Source: a virus
Lineage: Duplodnaviria; Caudoviricetes
Length of the DNA stretch: 34,412 nt
IMG/VR virus record: IMGVR_UViG_3300020449_000326
Coordinates: 1-34,412 of that record
Strand: one strand, 5' to 3'
Shown: piece after piece, positions 9,301 to 17,500 of the stretch
Numbering within the stretch: the first letter of the stretch is position 1
Layout: each line of letters starts with the position of its first letter
The notes under the pieces: generated by a model
What the model saw: only the letters and a program-made list of their open reading frames with translations
Database searches by the model: none
What the model was told of the DNA's origin: nothing
Translations under genes and position numbers: made by a program

Positions 9301-11587
9301 CTAAATCATTTATTCTATCCATTGTTTGACCCCAGCTTTTAAGTTCTTCAGGAGTCATTTGGTTTTCAAATTTATCAGTTATATAATCTTCTTTTGCTTT
9401 TCTTTGGTTTTTTAGTTTATTTATTTCAGCTTGTACATTTTTTTTATTTATAAATCTACCTTTTTTATCTTGTCCTTTTTTTAAAATATCTTCAAGCTCA
9501 AATATTTGTTGATCTAAAAGATCAAACTCAAGCTGCATTCCAGGTCCGCCTAAATATTTATATGCATTTAATCTAGCTTTCTTTAAACTTGCTTTACTTT
9601 GAAAAACATTTAGACTTACTGCTCCAGCAGTTGTGCCACCACCGGCAACTGAACCAATAATTGCTTGATTAACAGTATTTTTCCATAAATTTTTAAATGC
9701 TTTTTCGTCGTCTAATATTACAGCATCAGTTAAACCTTGACCAAACCCAGTTACACCTTCAGTTCCACCTTCAACGACCATTCCTTCTAAGGTTTTTCTA
9801 CCTCCTCCAAGAAGTCTATATTTAAAACCTGTTATACCTTCTTGTAAAGTTTTATTAATATCACTTGCTATTTTTTCTCTACTTACACCATTAGCTCTAG
9901 CTGCTTTACCATAATTTTTTAATGTTCTAAAAAATTTACCTGCTGCAAATTCAGAACCCCATTCAATACCACCTTTTAATAAACTAGCTCCTGCTAATGT
10001 AAGTACATTTTTGTCTACTAATTCTGGATTTTTTAATCCTCTTGCAAATTCTTGACCAGTTGTACTAGCACCTAATAAAATAGGGGCTAGCCAAGGTGCA
10101 TAAATTGTTGCTGCAATTGAAGGTGCTGTACCTACTGCTTCATTAATTGCTAAATTTGCTGCACCTGAATAATTACCTTCTTTTATTAAATCGGTAATTT
10201 GCATTTGTTCACCTTTATTATTAAAGTATCTTACTTTAGCTTGACCTAAAAAATCAGCAGCATCATATATACTACTTACATCAATATTGTTTTGTTTTGA
10301 AAGTTTACTAAAAGCAGTAGAAAAATCTTCTTCTTCACCTATAGTAGCTAAAAACGCAGCATCAACCGCATTAATTCCCATTTCAGCAAAGTCTATTAGT
10401 CCTCCAGTTGTATTTAAAAGCATGTTACCAATTGCTGCCACTTGAGGCACAACATAATCTTCACTAAATTCAGGAGCAAGGCTAGCTATCATTCCAGGAA
10501 TACCCCCTACACCAGGCACAATAGCTGAATATTTCATTGAAGAATTTATTGCTTTTCTAGTTAATTCAGTTTCTCGATCATATGCATTTTTTAATTGAGG
10601 CCCAATGTTTTTATTATAAGCATCATTATATTGCTTAACTATATCTTGGTACCTTTTATTATTTTGTAAGTTTTCTTGAAATCTATCATTAGTAAATTTT
10701 TGCATTTCATCATTATAAGCTTTAAGCTCTTCAGGATGCTTTGCTTGAATTTCTGCGTTTATAAAATTATTTATATATTTTTGATATTTATTATAAGCAG
10801 CTTTAAAACGTTCTTGTAAACCAGGAGAACCATCATCTACTGGGCCATATTGCCCTTGTTCATTAGTACCATAAGGAATACCAGCTTGTTTTAAAAACTC
10901 TTCTAGTTTTCTTGCAAAATGATTTTGATTTTGATTTAATATTGTTTGCTTAGCAGATGTTAACCCAGTACGATCCATTGTATCTATACTATGCTGCTTT
11001 AAATAAGGTTCATTTTGTGTTTGAACATCTTTTGCTATCTTTTTTATTCTTGGATCAGAATATAAATTTTTAAAAAAATTTTGTTGTTGCTTATTTACAT
11101 CAGTCTCTGAAGTGCCATCAAGTTTATTTTCTTCAAACCAATCTTCTGTAATATAAGCTTCTTGTTCTGGAGTTAATTTTTCTACCTCTGGTTTTTCACC
11201 TGTTACAACAACTTCTTCTAACGGAACCTCTTCTAAAACTTCTTTACCTGTTATAGGATCATATTTAATACCTACCTTAAGTCCTGCATAAGGTTTTGAT
11301 ATATCCTCTCTCATTTTTTTACCTACTATTCTGGCGTTGCCATCGTCGTCAGTTACAAAAGTAGATGTAATTCTTTCTTTTTTTATTGGAACACATTTTT
11401 CTTGTACAGGATCATATGTTAAATTAGGATCACCACAATCAACTTCTTCTGTTTCAACAGTATCTTCTACTTGCTCAATATTTTTTAAAGGAGAAAGACT
11501 AGATTTGTAGTGCTTAATAACTTTAGCAATATTAGACTCTGGCTCATTGGCCGCTAACATATTTTTTACAATGGTTTCTAAACTCAT
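3350..11587 (-). CDS. Giant (2745 aa) multidomain internal virion/ejection protein
   Basis: Lies at the end of the structural module after the pilot-like genes. Has a Gly/Ala hydrophobic helical region, HELNH and HEKLH zincin-type motifs, a sigma-region-2-like segment and a long helical C-terminal part. Confidence 0.8.
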   Translation of the reverse strand: MSLETIVKNMLAANEPESNIAKVIKHYKSSLSPLKNIEQVEDTVETEEVDCGDPNLTYDPVQEKCVPIKKERITSTFVTDDDGNARIVGKKMREDISKPYAGLKVGIKYDPITGKEVLEEVPLEEVVVTGEKPEVEKLTPEQEAYITEDWFEENKLDGTSETDVNKQQQNFFKNLYSDPRIKKIAKDVQTQNEPYLKQHSIDTMDRTGLTSAKQTILNQNQNHFARKLEEFLKQAGIPYGTNEQGQYGPVDDGSPGLQERFKAAYNKYQKYINNFINAEIQAKHPEELKAYNDEMQKFTNDRFQENLQNNKRYQDIVKQYNDAYNKNIGPQLKNAYDRETELTRKAINSSMKYSAIVPGVGGIPGMIASLAPEFSEDYVVPQVAAIGNMLLNTTGGLIDFAEMGINAVDAAFLATIGEEEDFSTAFSKLSKQNNIDVSSIYDAADFLGQAKVRYFNNKGEQMQITDLIKEGNYSGAANLAINEAVGTAPSIAATIYAPWLAPILLGASTTGQEFARGLKNPELVDKNVLTLAGASLLKGGIEWGSEFAAGKFFRTLKNYGKAARANGVSREKIASDINKTLQEGITGFKYRLLGGGRKTLEGMVVEGGTEGVTGFGQGLTDAVILDDEKAFKNLWKNTVNQAIIGSVAGGGTTAGAVSLNVFQSKASLKKARLNAYKYLGGPGMQLEFDLLDQQIFELEDILKKGQDKKGRFINKKNVQAEINKLKNQRKAKEDYITDKFENQMTPEELKSWGQTMDRINDLESKIDNPKFTRDEQDAAINEIKELREEQKEAFKPIPSDVSVDEKGIVTYSPDADKTISQMLKRKLSKDAKKSFDQIKDDADVIVINDSQREKYGMQENESGKIVKTKDGRFKIALNEDAMIRVKDGATTINHELNHLVFVRDLVNNDKNAIPLIENFRSFIKENLPGVNERIESRMKKNYKNAEDVRANLEFVAIFTDIAGKEKLGIPKVPESAFGELASGINNWLKSKGFKKIKLNTGEDVFNWIQEFNKNIKKGKYKDALRKIDSDNVTDGGVSEAFITGEFPSLSSKSDVIEDINFEEGSINERFQEFSHDGKNNNAPQEFQTEAAITYEPLAAAVIDRISKVGIGKAGTEQQNNFITDALEDSTLKQQLIDDLVYGTERNPASSLVGLAKTFNPAVGSFGGYAKSQLANRAIRVLQERVGGQVTEGATSTDTAESRQLEDTAGQSVQSKQSLREAFKNTTLGEALNKKLGKVAESAPKGIEQTIEKKGKDLTKLPTKRKAEAVDTAKKQYSSKYLYTDVANLFGKKQQFIDNVNKYYPAVIDAWMNNVNWSKGMGISTGFNIESKPTQQETVDYLTGNDLVVGTINKKGDPLTKKGKTDAIGARKRKFLESIATQLVNENIADNKIAQSDFIKKHGVGLLSTSNTLKGIKKENANIYNDIAAALLKMDDAYINNYVTPKGKLIRFKPLLTSLGIDEILNNTYTEKKAERYFNNLVNELNEIQKNIPAKNREEYIKGKDFNLVDRNTGKKIPYTFANFLRAKISQTADIQNLKDIAAGYGYNLELNYNDKESVERYRKEFGEALLSDPKINKSFALNILLPTFTAPSKIGGGAIGVNIDGDIVETGKKAGTNRQGIFGGEVGAVADFKNLINNLDWDAPIFDSKGKEVKRSTKQYTRPQGGIYSLLEKPLNNKNGERALPFIAYKDPVLGVQAGLQYQQYLKDFVESIKNSNIGVDTKAILVQAMKANPSGLIRMAAIPDFIPSFVIKKDSQGNISIDLSKVKGEWRLEHMDPANIMTAATFDYLLNPKASKKEYYKRLDSYKSAQIPKLYDDAVNVNYQNFRAPYSNNALGGYFNPELPIFKNLPLTQISTGIEYTWDDFVNGNGQQTYLKNENSKKNLEDKNIESGGLYSQSKLDPIYQELQLIEEYESNFNITPSTKARREELQNQLKEREKINIGLSSSSESTLSREFNEMLERTKGIKAEAVYSEARAIKLGATKGWQAFVPYSNEDYMGLVYPTLGKGKQGDADLKWWTDNVMDPYNQGIQDYETAKQAAMQEWKQLKGKIKNTPANLKRKAVRGFTNEEAVRIYLWDKQGMIPDNLAKKDITELRKHVNKNPELKAFAHELQNIGSNGYPEPTNNWLSGNITTDLINEVNTVTRREFLKPWRQSIDLIYTKDNVNKLRATFGDRYVEALDDVLYRMDTGRNRPTGANRVTNMWLNWLNNSVGTTMFFNQRSSLLQTISAINFLNWSDNNPIMAAKAFADQPQFWKDFADLFNSDFLKQRRSGLQIDISADEIASTAATSKNKVRAALNELLKVGFISTQIADSFAIAIGGASFYRNRLNKYKKEGLSEKEAQEKAFFDFRNIAIESQQSSDPSRISMQQASQLGRIILSYANTPVQYARLIKKAASDLKNGRGDAKTNVSKILYYGAIQNIIFTALQSALFGIMFDEEDEEVGEKEAQFKQERKEGAPLRIINGIADTLLRGSGVGGAFVAMLKNVLLEIDRQRKKSRPDFTYAANKIFSFSPVTDTKFRKALSAARKFTYKQELQKMYDRGVAIDNPALLAAGELASAFVNIPADRVVKKLNNLKTATEEETKAWQSIALVWGFGEWELGIQARKTDEARAKAKKEKAKKKELKKDIKKLQKEVNKEKKSPVKDTGGRVLGRANKDGSIEVAKGLSPKKKAEVIRHEKLHQKEMQNGSNSFTSGGKLDYNDNFVFYGKKKYARKNGKIKDGNKWKVEGDHSLPWEVFAHKND

Positions 11588-12711
11588 TAAGAATATTTTT
11601 GAATTAAGCTTTGTACATCAACATCACCCTGAGGGGTTTGTTCTGTCATTTGCATGTCTACAGATTCAACAGGCATAGGTGCCGGCAACATAGGTGCTTG
11701 CTCTTGTATACCTATTGCTTCATTAAAAGAAACTTCATTAGGTGATATACCTTTTTTTGCTGCAATTTTATTAGCATTTTCTTTTGCTAATTTTGCAATA
11801 GTATCAGGATGAGGTTTTTGTTGTCTATTATATTTACTTCCAATATATTCTCTCATACTAGCAAAAGCTTCGGCTGTACCTCTATTATCCCATTCTGTAC
11901 CATCACCATCTGTATAAGCTTGATCTTCCATAAGCATTTTAACTTGGGATTGAGGCATTTGCATATGATCTGCTAAATAAGAACGTACTCCATTTGGGCC
12001 TAATGCTTCTAAGGCTTCCATAGAAAAATCTAACACTTCTTTATGATGATCTTTATAATCTCCAGAGTCATACATCTTATTACCAAATTGATCTACTTTT
12101 ATTAAAGGTTGACCATTTTCATCTAAACCAAGTTGTTTAGCTACAGGATCTAAAGATAAATTAATAGGTTTAATTTTAGGTACAGGTGTAGGTATATTGT
12201 TAACATCATATATATTTACATCAAAGTTTCCTTCTAAAGGATTACTAGCCTTACCCTTTAAAACTGCTCTACCTTCTTTATCTAATTCTAAAGCAACAGT
12301 ACCTTTATTTAAACCTTGTAATACACCTTCATCATATTGATCCATACCATATGATAAAGTGCCGTTTTTAAGATTCTCATTATAAGAAGCCATAGCTTTT
12401 TCTGCACCTTGAGAAAACGCAGCAAGCTCATCTACAGTTCTTTCTATTGTGGCCATGTCTGCTGCATATTTATAATTATCAATCTCACCTTTTTTCTTTT
12501 TATTAGTAAGATCACTTGCTCTTTCAACTACTTGTCTAGCAAGACTTTGCACTTGTGTTTTAAATAGGGCTTGAGGATTAGGTGTATCTTGATTAACTCT
12601 ATCTTCTGATTTTATACCATATTTACGTTGAAATTCTATATTTCTAAAATCTTTAATAGCTTGTTGCTCAGGATTTAATTTAAGTGTATTTTTAGGATTG
12701 TATTCTTTCAT
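11587..12711 (-). CDS. Putative internal virion/ejection protein (374 aa)
   Basis: Helical ORF in the ejection-gene position, TAATG-coupled to the giant gene. Confidence 0.65.
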   Translation of the reverse strand: MKEYNPKNTLKLNPEQQAIKDFRNIEFQRKYGIKSEDRVNQDTPNPQALFKTQVQSLARQVVERASDLTNKKKKGEIDNYKYAADMATIERTVDELAAFSQGAEKAMASYNENLKNGTLSYGMDQYDEGVLQGLNKGTVALELDKEGRAVLKGKASNPLEGNFDVNIYDVNNIPTPVPKIKPINLSLDPVAKQLGLDENGQPLIKVDQFGNKMYDSGDYKDHHKEVLDFSMEALEALGPNGVRSYLADHMQMPQSQVKMLMEDQAYTDGDGTEWDNRGTAEAFASMREYIGSKYNRQQKPHPDTIAKLAKENANKIAAKKGISPNEVSFNEAIGIQEQAPMLPAPMPVESVDMQMTEQTPQGDVDVQSLIQKYS

Positions 12712-12721
12712 ATGTTAAATA

Positions 12722-13876
12722 TTAGCCTCCGTATATATCTCCAGCAGTACCACTCATAGCAGCTTTACCACCGCCAAATAATGTTCCACCACCTTTATTT
12801 CTAAAAGCTTCCCTTTTAAAATCTTTAGTATTTCCAAATAGTCCACCAGACATAGCTGCTTGCTGTATTACAGCTGTATTAGTTCCAAGCTCTCTATCTG
12901 CTTCATTTAGTTGATTAGTTGCAATTTCAAATATACCCATCAAAGCATCATATTGATTAGATTGAGCTTGCGATTGCCCAGCAGCTTTATTCATATCAAA
13001 TTGAGCTTGTAAATCTGCATTTCTGGCTATAGCATTGTTTACCGCATTAGCTTGCTGTGCAAAAGCATTATTAGCAGCATTAGCATTAAATTGATTCATT
13101 TGATTTTCAGCACCAAATTTTTGTAAAGCAAAATTGTTAGCTTGTCCTATATTAAATTGAGCAGCTTGATTTTGTGCAGCAGCTCCAAACTGAGAAGCTT
13201 GATTTCTTTGTTGAGCAGTAAATTGTCTAGCTTGATTAACAGCACCGGCATTAAATTGTTGCTGGCCTAAATCAAACTGGGAAGCTAAATTTCCTTGTGC
13301 AAGTAAATCTCTTTGCAAAGCTTGCTCTCCGGTTGCTCTTGCCATTTCATTAGCTTTTACTTGTCTATCTATATCAGCTCTAATACCAGCTTTTGATCTT
13401 GCAGCTTGTTGTGCTAACGCTGTAGCACCGCCACCCCCACCCATTTGCATCAGTATATCTTGAGATGCAGCTAAAGCTTGGTCTGCTTCTTGGGCTTCAA
13501 GTTCAGCGCCGGCTGTAGAAACCTGTAAATTATTAAATACATTACTTAAACCAGTATCAGCACCTCTAGCAAGACCAGCTACGTTAGTAGTCATAGCATC
13601 ATATCCTTCTGCATCATAACCTTGTGCTTGATAAGAGCCAGCTGGTCCCAAATTACCTATTTGAGCCTGTTGAGTTTGAGCTAGTTGCATTTGTAAAGGA
13701 TCAATTTGAGCAGCTTGTAAATCAGCATAAAAATCTGTAACATCAGAAGCGTCTCTTAGTCTACCTAAATCTGCATCATATTGTGCTTGTGCTGTAGCTT
13801 GAGCGTCTAAAAGCTCTTGACGTTGGCCCATAGCCATTCTACCAGCTTGTCTATTCTTTTTTTTCTTACTTCCCAT
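12722..13876 (-). CDS. Putative DNA pilot/ejection protein, Gln/Ala-rich with 11-residue repeats
   Basis: Very A/Q/N-rich, QFxxxxxNQxx periodicity, follows the GNAT-like gene as in podovirus ejection clusters. Confidence 0.7.
   Translation of the reverse strand: MGSKKKKNRQAGRMAMGQRQELLDAQATAQAQYDADLGRLRDASDVTDFYADLQAAQIDPLQMQLAQTQQAQIGNLGPAGSYQAQGYDAEGYDAMTTNVAGLARGADTGLSNVFNNLQVSTAGAELEAQEADQALAASQDILMQMGGGGGATALAQQAARSKAGIRADIDRQVKANEMARATGEQALQRDLLAQGNLASQFDLGQQQFNAGAVNQARQFTAQQRNQASQFGAAAQNQAAQFNIGQANNFALQKFGAENQMNQFNANAANNAFAQQANAVNNAIARNADLQAQFDMNKAAGQSQAQSNQYDALMGIFEIATNQLNEADRELGTNTAVIQQAAMSGGLFGNTKDFKREAFRNKGGGTLFGGGKAAMSGTAGDIYGG
13028..13258 (-). repeat. About seven imperfect 11-aa (33-nt) repeats
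   Basis: QFNAGAVNQAR/QFTAQQRNQAS/QFGAAAQNQAA/QFNIGQANNFA/LQKFGAENQMN/QFNANAANNAF/AQQANAVNNAI. Confidence 0.8.
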
Positions 13877-14326
13877 TTATAATTTTTTTATAAGTTCATA
13901 AGAGGGTTTATCCCATTTTTCATATCCTGCGTTTAAATAATAATCAAGCATGTATCCTTCTTGGGCCCATCCAAATGAATATTTAAATCCTAAATCTTTT
14001 GCAAAATCTGTAACAAAATTTACTAATAATTGTATAGCTTCTTTTCTATCTGTATCCCTATAGTCAGGGTCTGATATTGCAGCTGTTGGTAGCGCGCAAT
14101 GTGAATTTGTTAATCCAAGCCACATTGCTGCAATTGGATGTTCATCTTTACATACCATAAAGCCACCTAATCCAGCTCTTTTAGTATCATATTGACCTAT
14201 TAAAAAAGATCCAGGCATAATATCCCTAAATGTTTCCGTATGAATCCACGGTTCTTGATCATATTTATCCCACCAGGTTGGTAAAAAATCCCAATCTGAT
14301 TCTAATAATTTTCGTACTCTTAACAT
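13877..14326 (-). CDS. GNAT-fold protein of the virion module (positional equivalent of T7 gp13/P22 gp14)
   Basis: MLRVRKL start, ISDPDYR, AKDLGFK and YYLNAGYE patterns typical of GNAT folds. Located between tail and ejection genes. Confidence 0.65.
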   Translation of the reverse strand: MLRVRKLLESDWDFLPTWWDKYDQEPWIHTETFRDIMPGSFLIGQYDTKRAGLGGFMVCKDEHPIAAMWLGLTNSHCALPTAAISDPDYRDTDRKEAIQLLVNFVTDFAKDLGFKYSFGWAQEGYMLDYYLNAGYEKWDKPSYELIKKL

Positions 14327-14350
14327 AAAATAAAATTTAATTGATTGTAT

Positions 14351-14590
14351 TTAACTTGAAGAATTTACTGCTAAAGTATTTAAAGCAAAAAGTTCTTTTT
14401 TTGTAGAAGCATTAGCTACCGGTAAAGTTAATTTAACAGTAGCATATGCTCCTTTTACTCCACTTGTTATTTTGTCTCCATTAGCTTGTATAGTTCCATT
14501 TACAACTATGTAATCTGGTTCCGAACAACTAATAGGTGCAAAATATTTTCCTTCTTTATTTTGAAAAGGAAATGTTACTAAGTTTGCCAT
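14351..14590 (-). CDS. 79-aa protein resembling the detached C-terminus of the tail stabilisation protein
   Basis: KEGKYFA, SGVKGAYATVKL and KKELFAL...SSS motifs, recalled as the C-terminus of related tail proteins. TAATG overlap with the upstream gene. Confidence 0.65.
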   Translation of the reverse strand: MANLVTFPFQNKEGKYFAPISCSEPDYIVVNGTIQANGDKITSGVKGAYATVKLTLPVANASTKKELFALNTLAVNSSS

Positions 14591-17500
14591 TATCCTGCTT
14601 GTGTTACGTTTATTGTATGAGGACTTATTCCTGTTACTCTTGTATTGGTAGTTGCTATAACTATATTTGCTGTTCTAGAACTTCCTGTTGTATTAGGATC
14701 AGCACTTATAGTAAATGTTTGTGTTGGATCAGCTACCCCAACTCCAAATACACCATTTATTTTTAACCAGGAAATACTAGGTGTAATACTAATATCTACA
14801 GTCCATGTATTACTTATAGTTACAGATGTTCCGCCTGTATTTAATGATTGAGTAGCAGGTATAGCACCTAAAGTTGCGGCTACTTCTCCAGCTCCTGTAA
14901 TTGTAGCGGTTGCTGTAGTATCTGAGGTAATAACTGGTAATTGAACATTTAAAACTAAAACACCATCTTGATTAGATTGAGTTTTTGTTATTACAGTACC
15001 AGCAACATTATAAGTAGCACTAAAAGCATCTAATAATAATACTTTTGTTGTAGCACTTGCTGTATAAGTAATAGTTGCAAATCTTCTAGTAGCTGCTTCA
15101 AAGGGTGAAATATAATATGCTGTACCAGCAAGAGTTCCAGATGGTGTTGCTAATACTCCAGGTACAGGTACTGTAGCCCAAGTTAACAGTGGCTTTAATG
15201 TAGCTGTTCCACCAACTGTAACAATACCAGCAGTAGCTGATGTAGGTACTGTTACGGGAATAGTATAAGTTAAATTATCACCATTTCTAACATTTGTAGG
15301 GGTGCCTACGTTTGTTGAGGCAGGCATATTAGTTGTATTTATAGTTATATTAGAATTGTCTATGTAATAATTACTAAACGCTGCTGTAGAAAATACTATA
15401 TTATTTGGGCCAGCATTATTAAATACTTGTGATGCTGGTGTTAATGCAGAAAATGCAATTGTATCAATTGTATTTACAGTTAATAAAGCAACAGTAAATG
15501 CAAGAGATGCACCATTACCTGTTATATTTAAAGTTTGAACAGTATCAGAATTACCTGTAGTATGCTGTATTAAAAATACTAATTTACCACCTGCATCAAG
15601 ATCTGTTATAGCTGTTGGATTATTAACAGTTAAATTACTTCCAGCTGCAGGTGTTAATACAACGTCATTAACATTATTAAATTTAAATTGTGAACTAAGA
15701 GGTGATACAAATATAGCCCAAGTAACATTTACTGTTGGCTTAGCTGTTACTGTATTAGCACCATCAAAAATAGAATTAGGTGCCGCACCAGATAACTGTA
15801 AAGTTGTATTAAATGTATTAGCTGTTACCGGTAATGCCCCACAACTATCAATATCTGTTTCAATATAATCTAACTGCCACCCGCTATCACCTTCATAGCT
15901 TAATGTATTAAATTGTTTTACATTAGAAGGGGCATCGTTAAATATAGGTATTACATATGATTCAGCAGTTCCAGCATTATAAAAATTATTTCTAGTTACT
16001 GTATCATTATGATGTTGCCACATCTGACCACCATTAAAAGTATAATAATTATTATTTAAAGATAATCCACCCTCTTGTTTAAACGATCTAAAACTTGTCC
16101 AACCTGAAGATCTATCATCAAAAGCTACAGTTAAATAACCGTCGGAAGCAGTTGCAACATTCGTATCTTCATTACTGTCAAATCCAGAACCGACTAATGT
16201 TAATTCATATATTTTACTATATTCATCATAAGAACCAATAACAGATGTAGATTGTTTTAAAGCATCTCTAAAAAAGTCAGCCATTCCAACTTGTGAAATT
16301 TCTTGTATTTGATTTTGTCTTAATCTTAAAACTGATCCTCTATTTTTATCTGTAAAATATTGTGAAAACCCATAGGATGTAAAAGATTGAGGATCTTTTG
16401 AAATACCGTATAAACCTGGATAAGCAGCCACTGTACCTAAAAATTGTGTATTACTAGTTACAGGCATAGCCCCACCCTCTGCTGAATAAATAAAATCTTT
16501 ATCAATAGGAGAAAAAGAAACTTTATCTTCTTGAAATATATTTATTTTTGTATCGTCTGCAAAAAGTTTTTGTATAGATCCATTTAATGGATCAAGAGAT
16601 ATAGTTAATCCGCCAGCTGAATCATTAAATTGATTAATAAAATTTATACCAGTTCTTGAATTAAGCAACCCGCTTGAATGAATTAAGCTATTAAATCTTC
16701 TCTCCTGTGTGAAGTTTTCTTTTACTGCGAATGCTTTTACACCTACATCAAAAAAAGGTTCATTAAAACCAGCCCTAATGCGGTTCACTTCAATGTGTGC
16801 ATTAGGCACCACATCAAAAGATAACAATATACAATTAAAAAAGTCTATATCAATTGCTTGATTAGGTATTTCATTAACTAAACCGCCAGTTGCGGTTTCA
16901 TAAAATATATCTAATTCAGTTGTAACAGGTTCAGTCTCAAAAACACATAATCCGGATGTAACGGCATTACCTGCATTATCTAAAGTAGTAACTAAAGCAT
17001 CACCTGAAGGGTTGCCAATTGATTGTACTTTTGTTAAATTTGCTTGTGGTGTTGTAAATACATTACCATTATTTAAAAATTTAGGAAATACAGAAACATC
17101 ACAAGGTGAAATAGTTGCTGATGTACTAGGCGGTATAACCGCATCTTGATCTCTTGGTATTTTATTTATACTGTCACCTAATCTTTTTACTGTATTTGCA
17201 CCTGAAACAACTGAAATCCAATTATAATATTCTTGTTCTCTCTGTTTTACAACAACTCTATATGAATATGCCCAACTAGGTATTTGAGTTGTATCAGTGA
17301 AAGTAATTCTTAAAGCATTAAATGCTGTAGTACTACTGGAATCACCAGTGTTTGGATCTACAAAAACTGTATCTGTTCCAGAACTTGATAATATAACCGG
17401 TGATTGTCTACCAAATTTATCGGCTAATACAATACCTACTTGATAAGTTCTTCTTGATTTAACAGATTGATTTGTTAAAACAGTATTTCTTGCAGATGTT

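Noticed and set aside
3350-11587. Virion RNA polymerase as in crAss-like phages
   Set aside because: No DxDxD catalytic motif seen in the 2745-aa protein.
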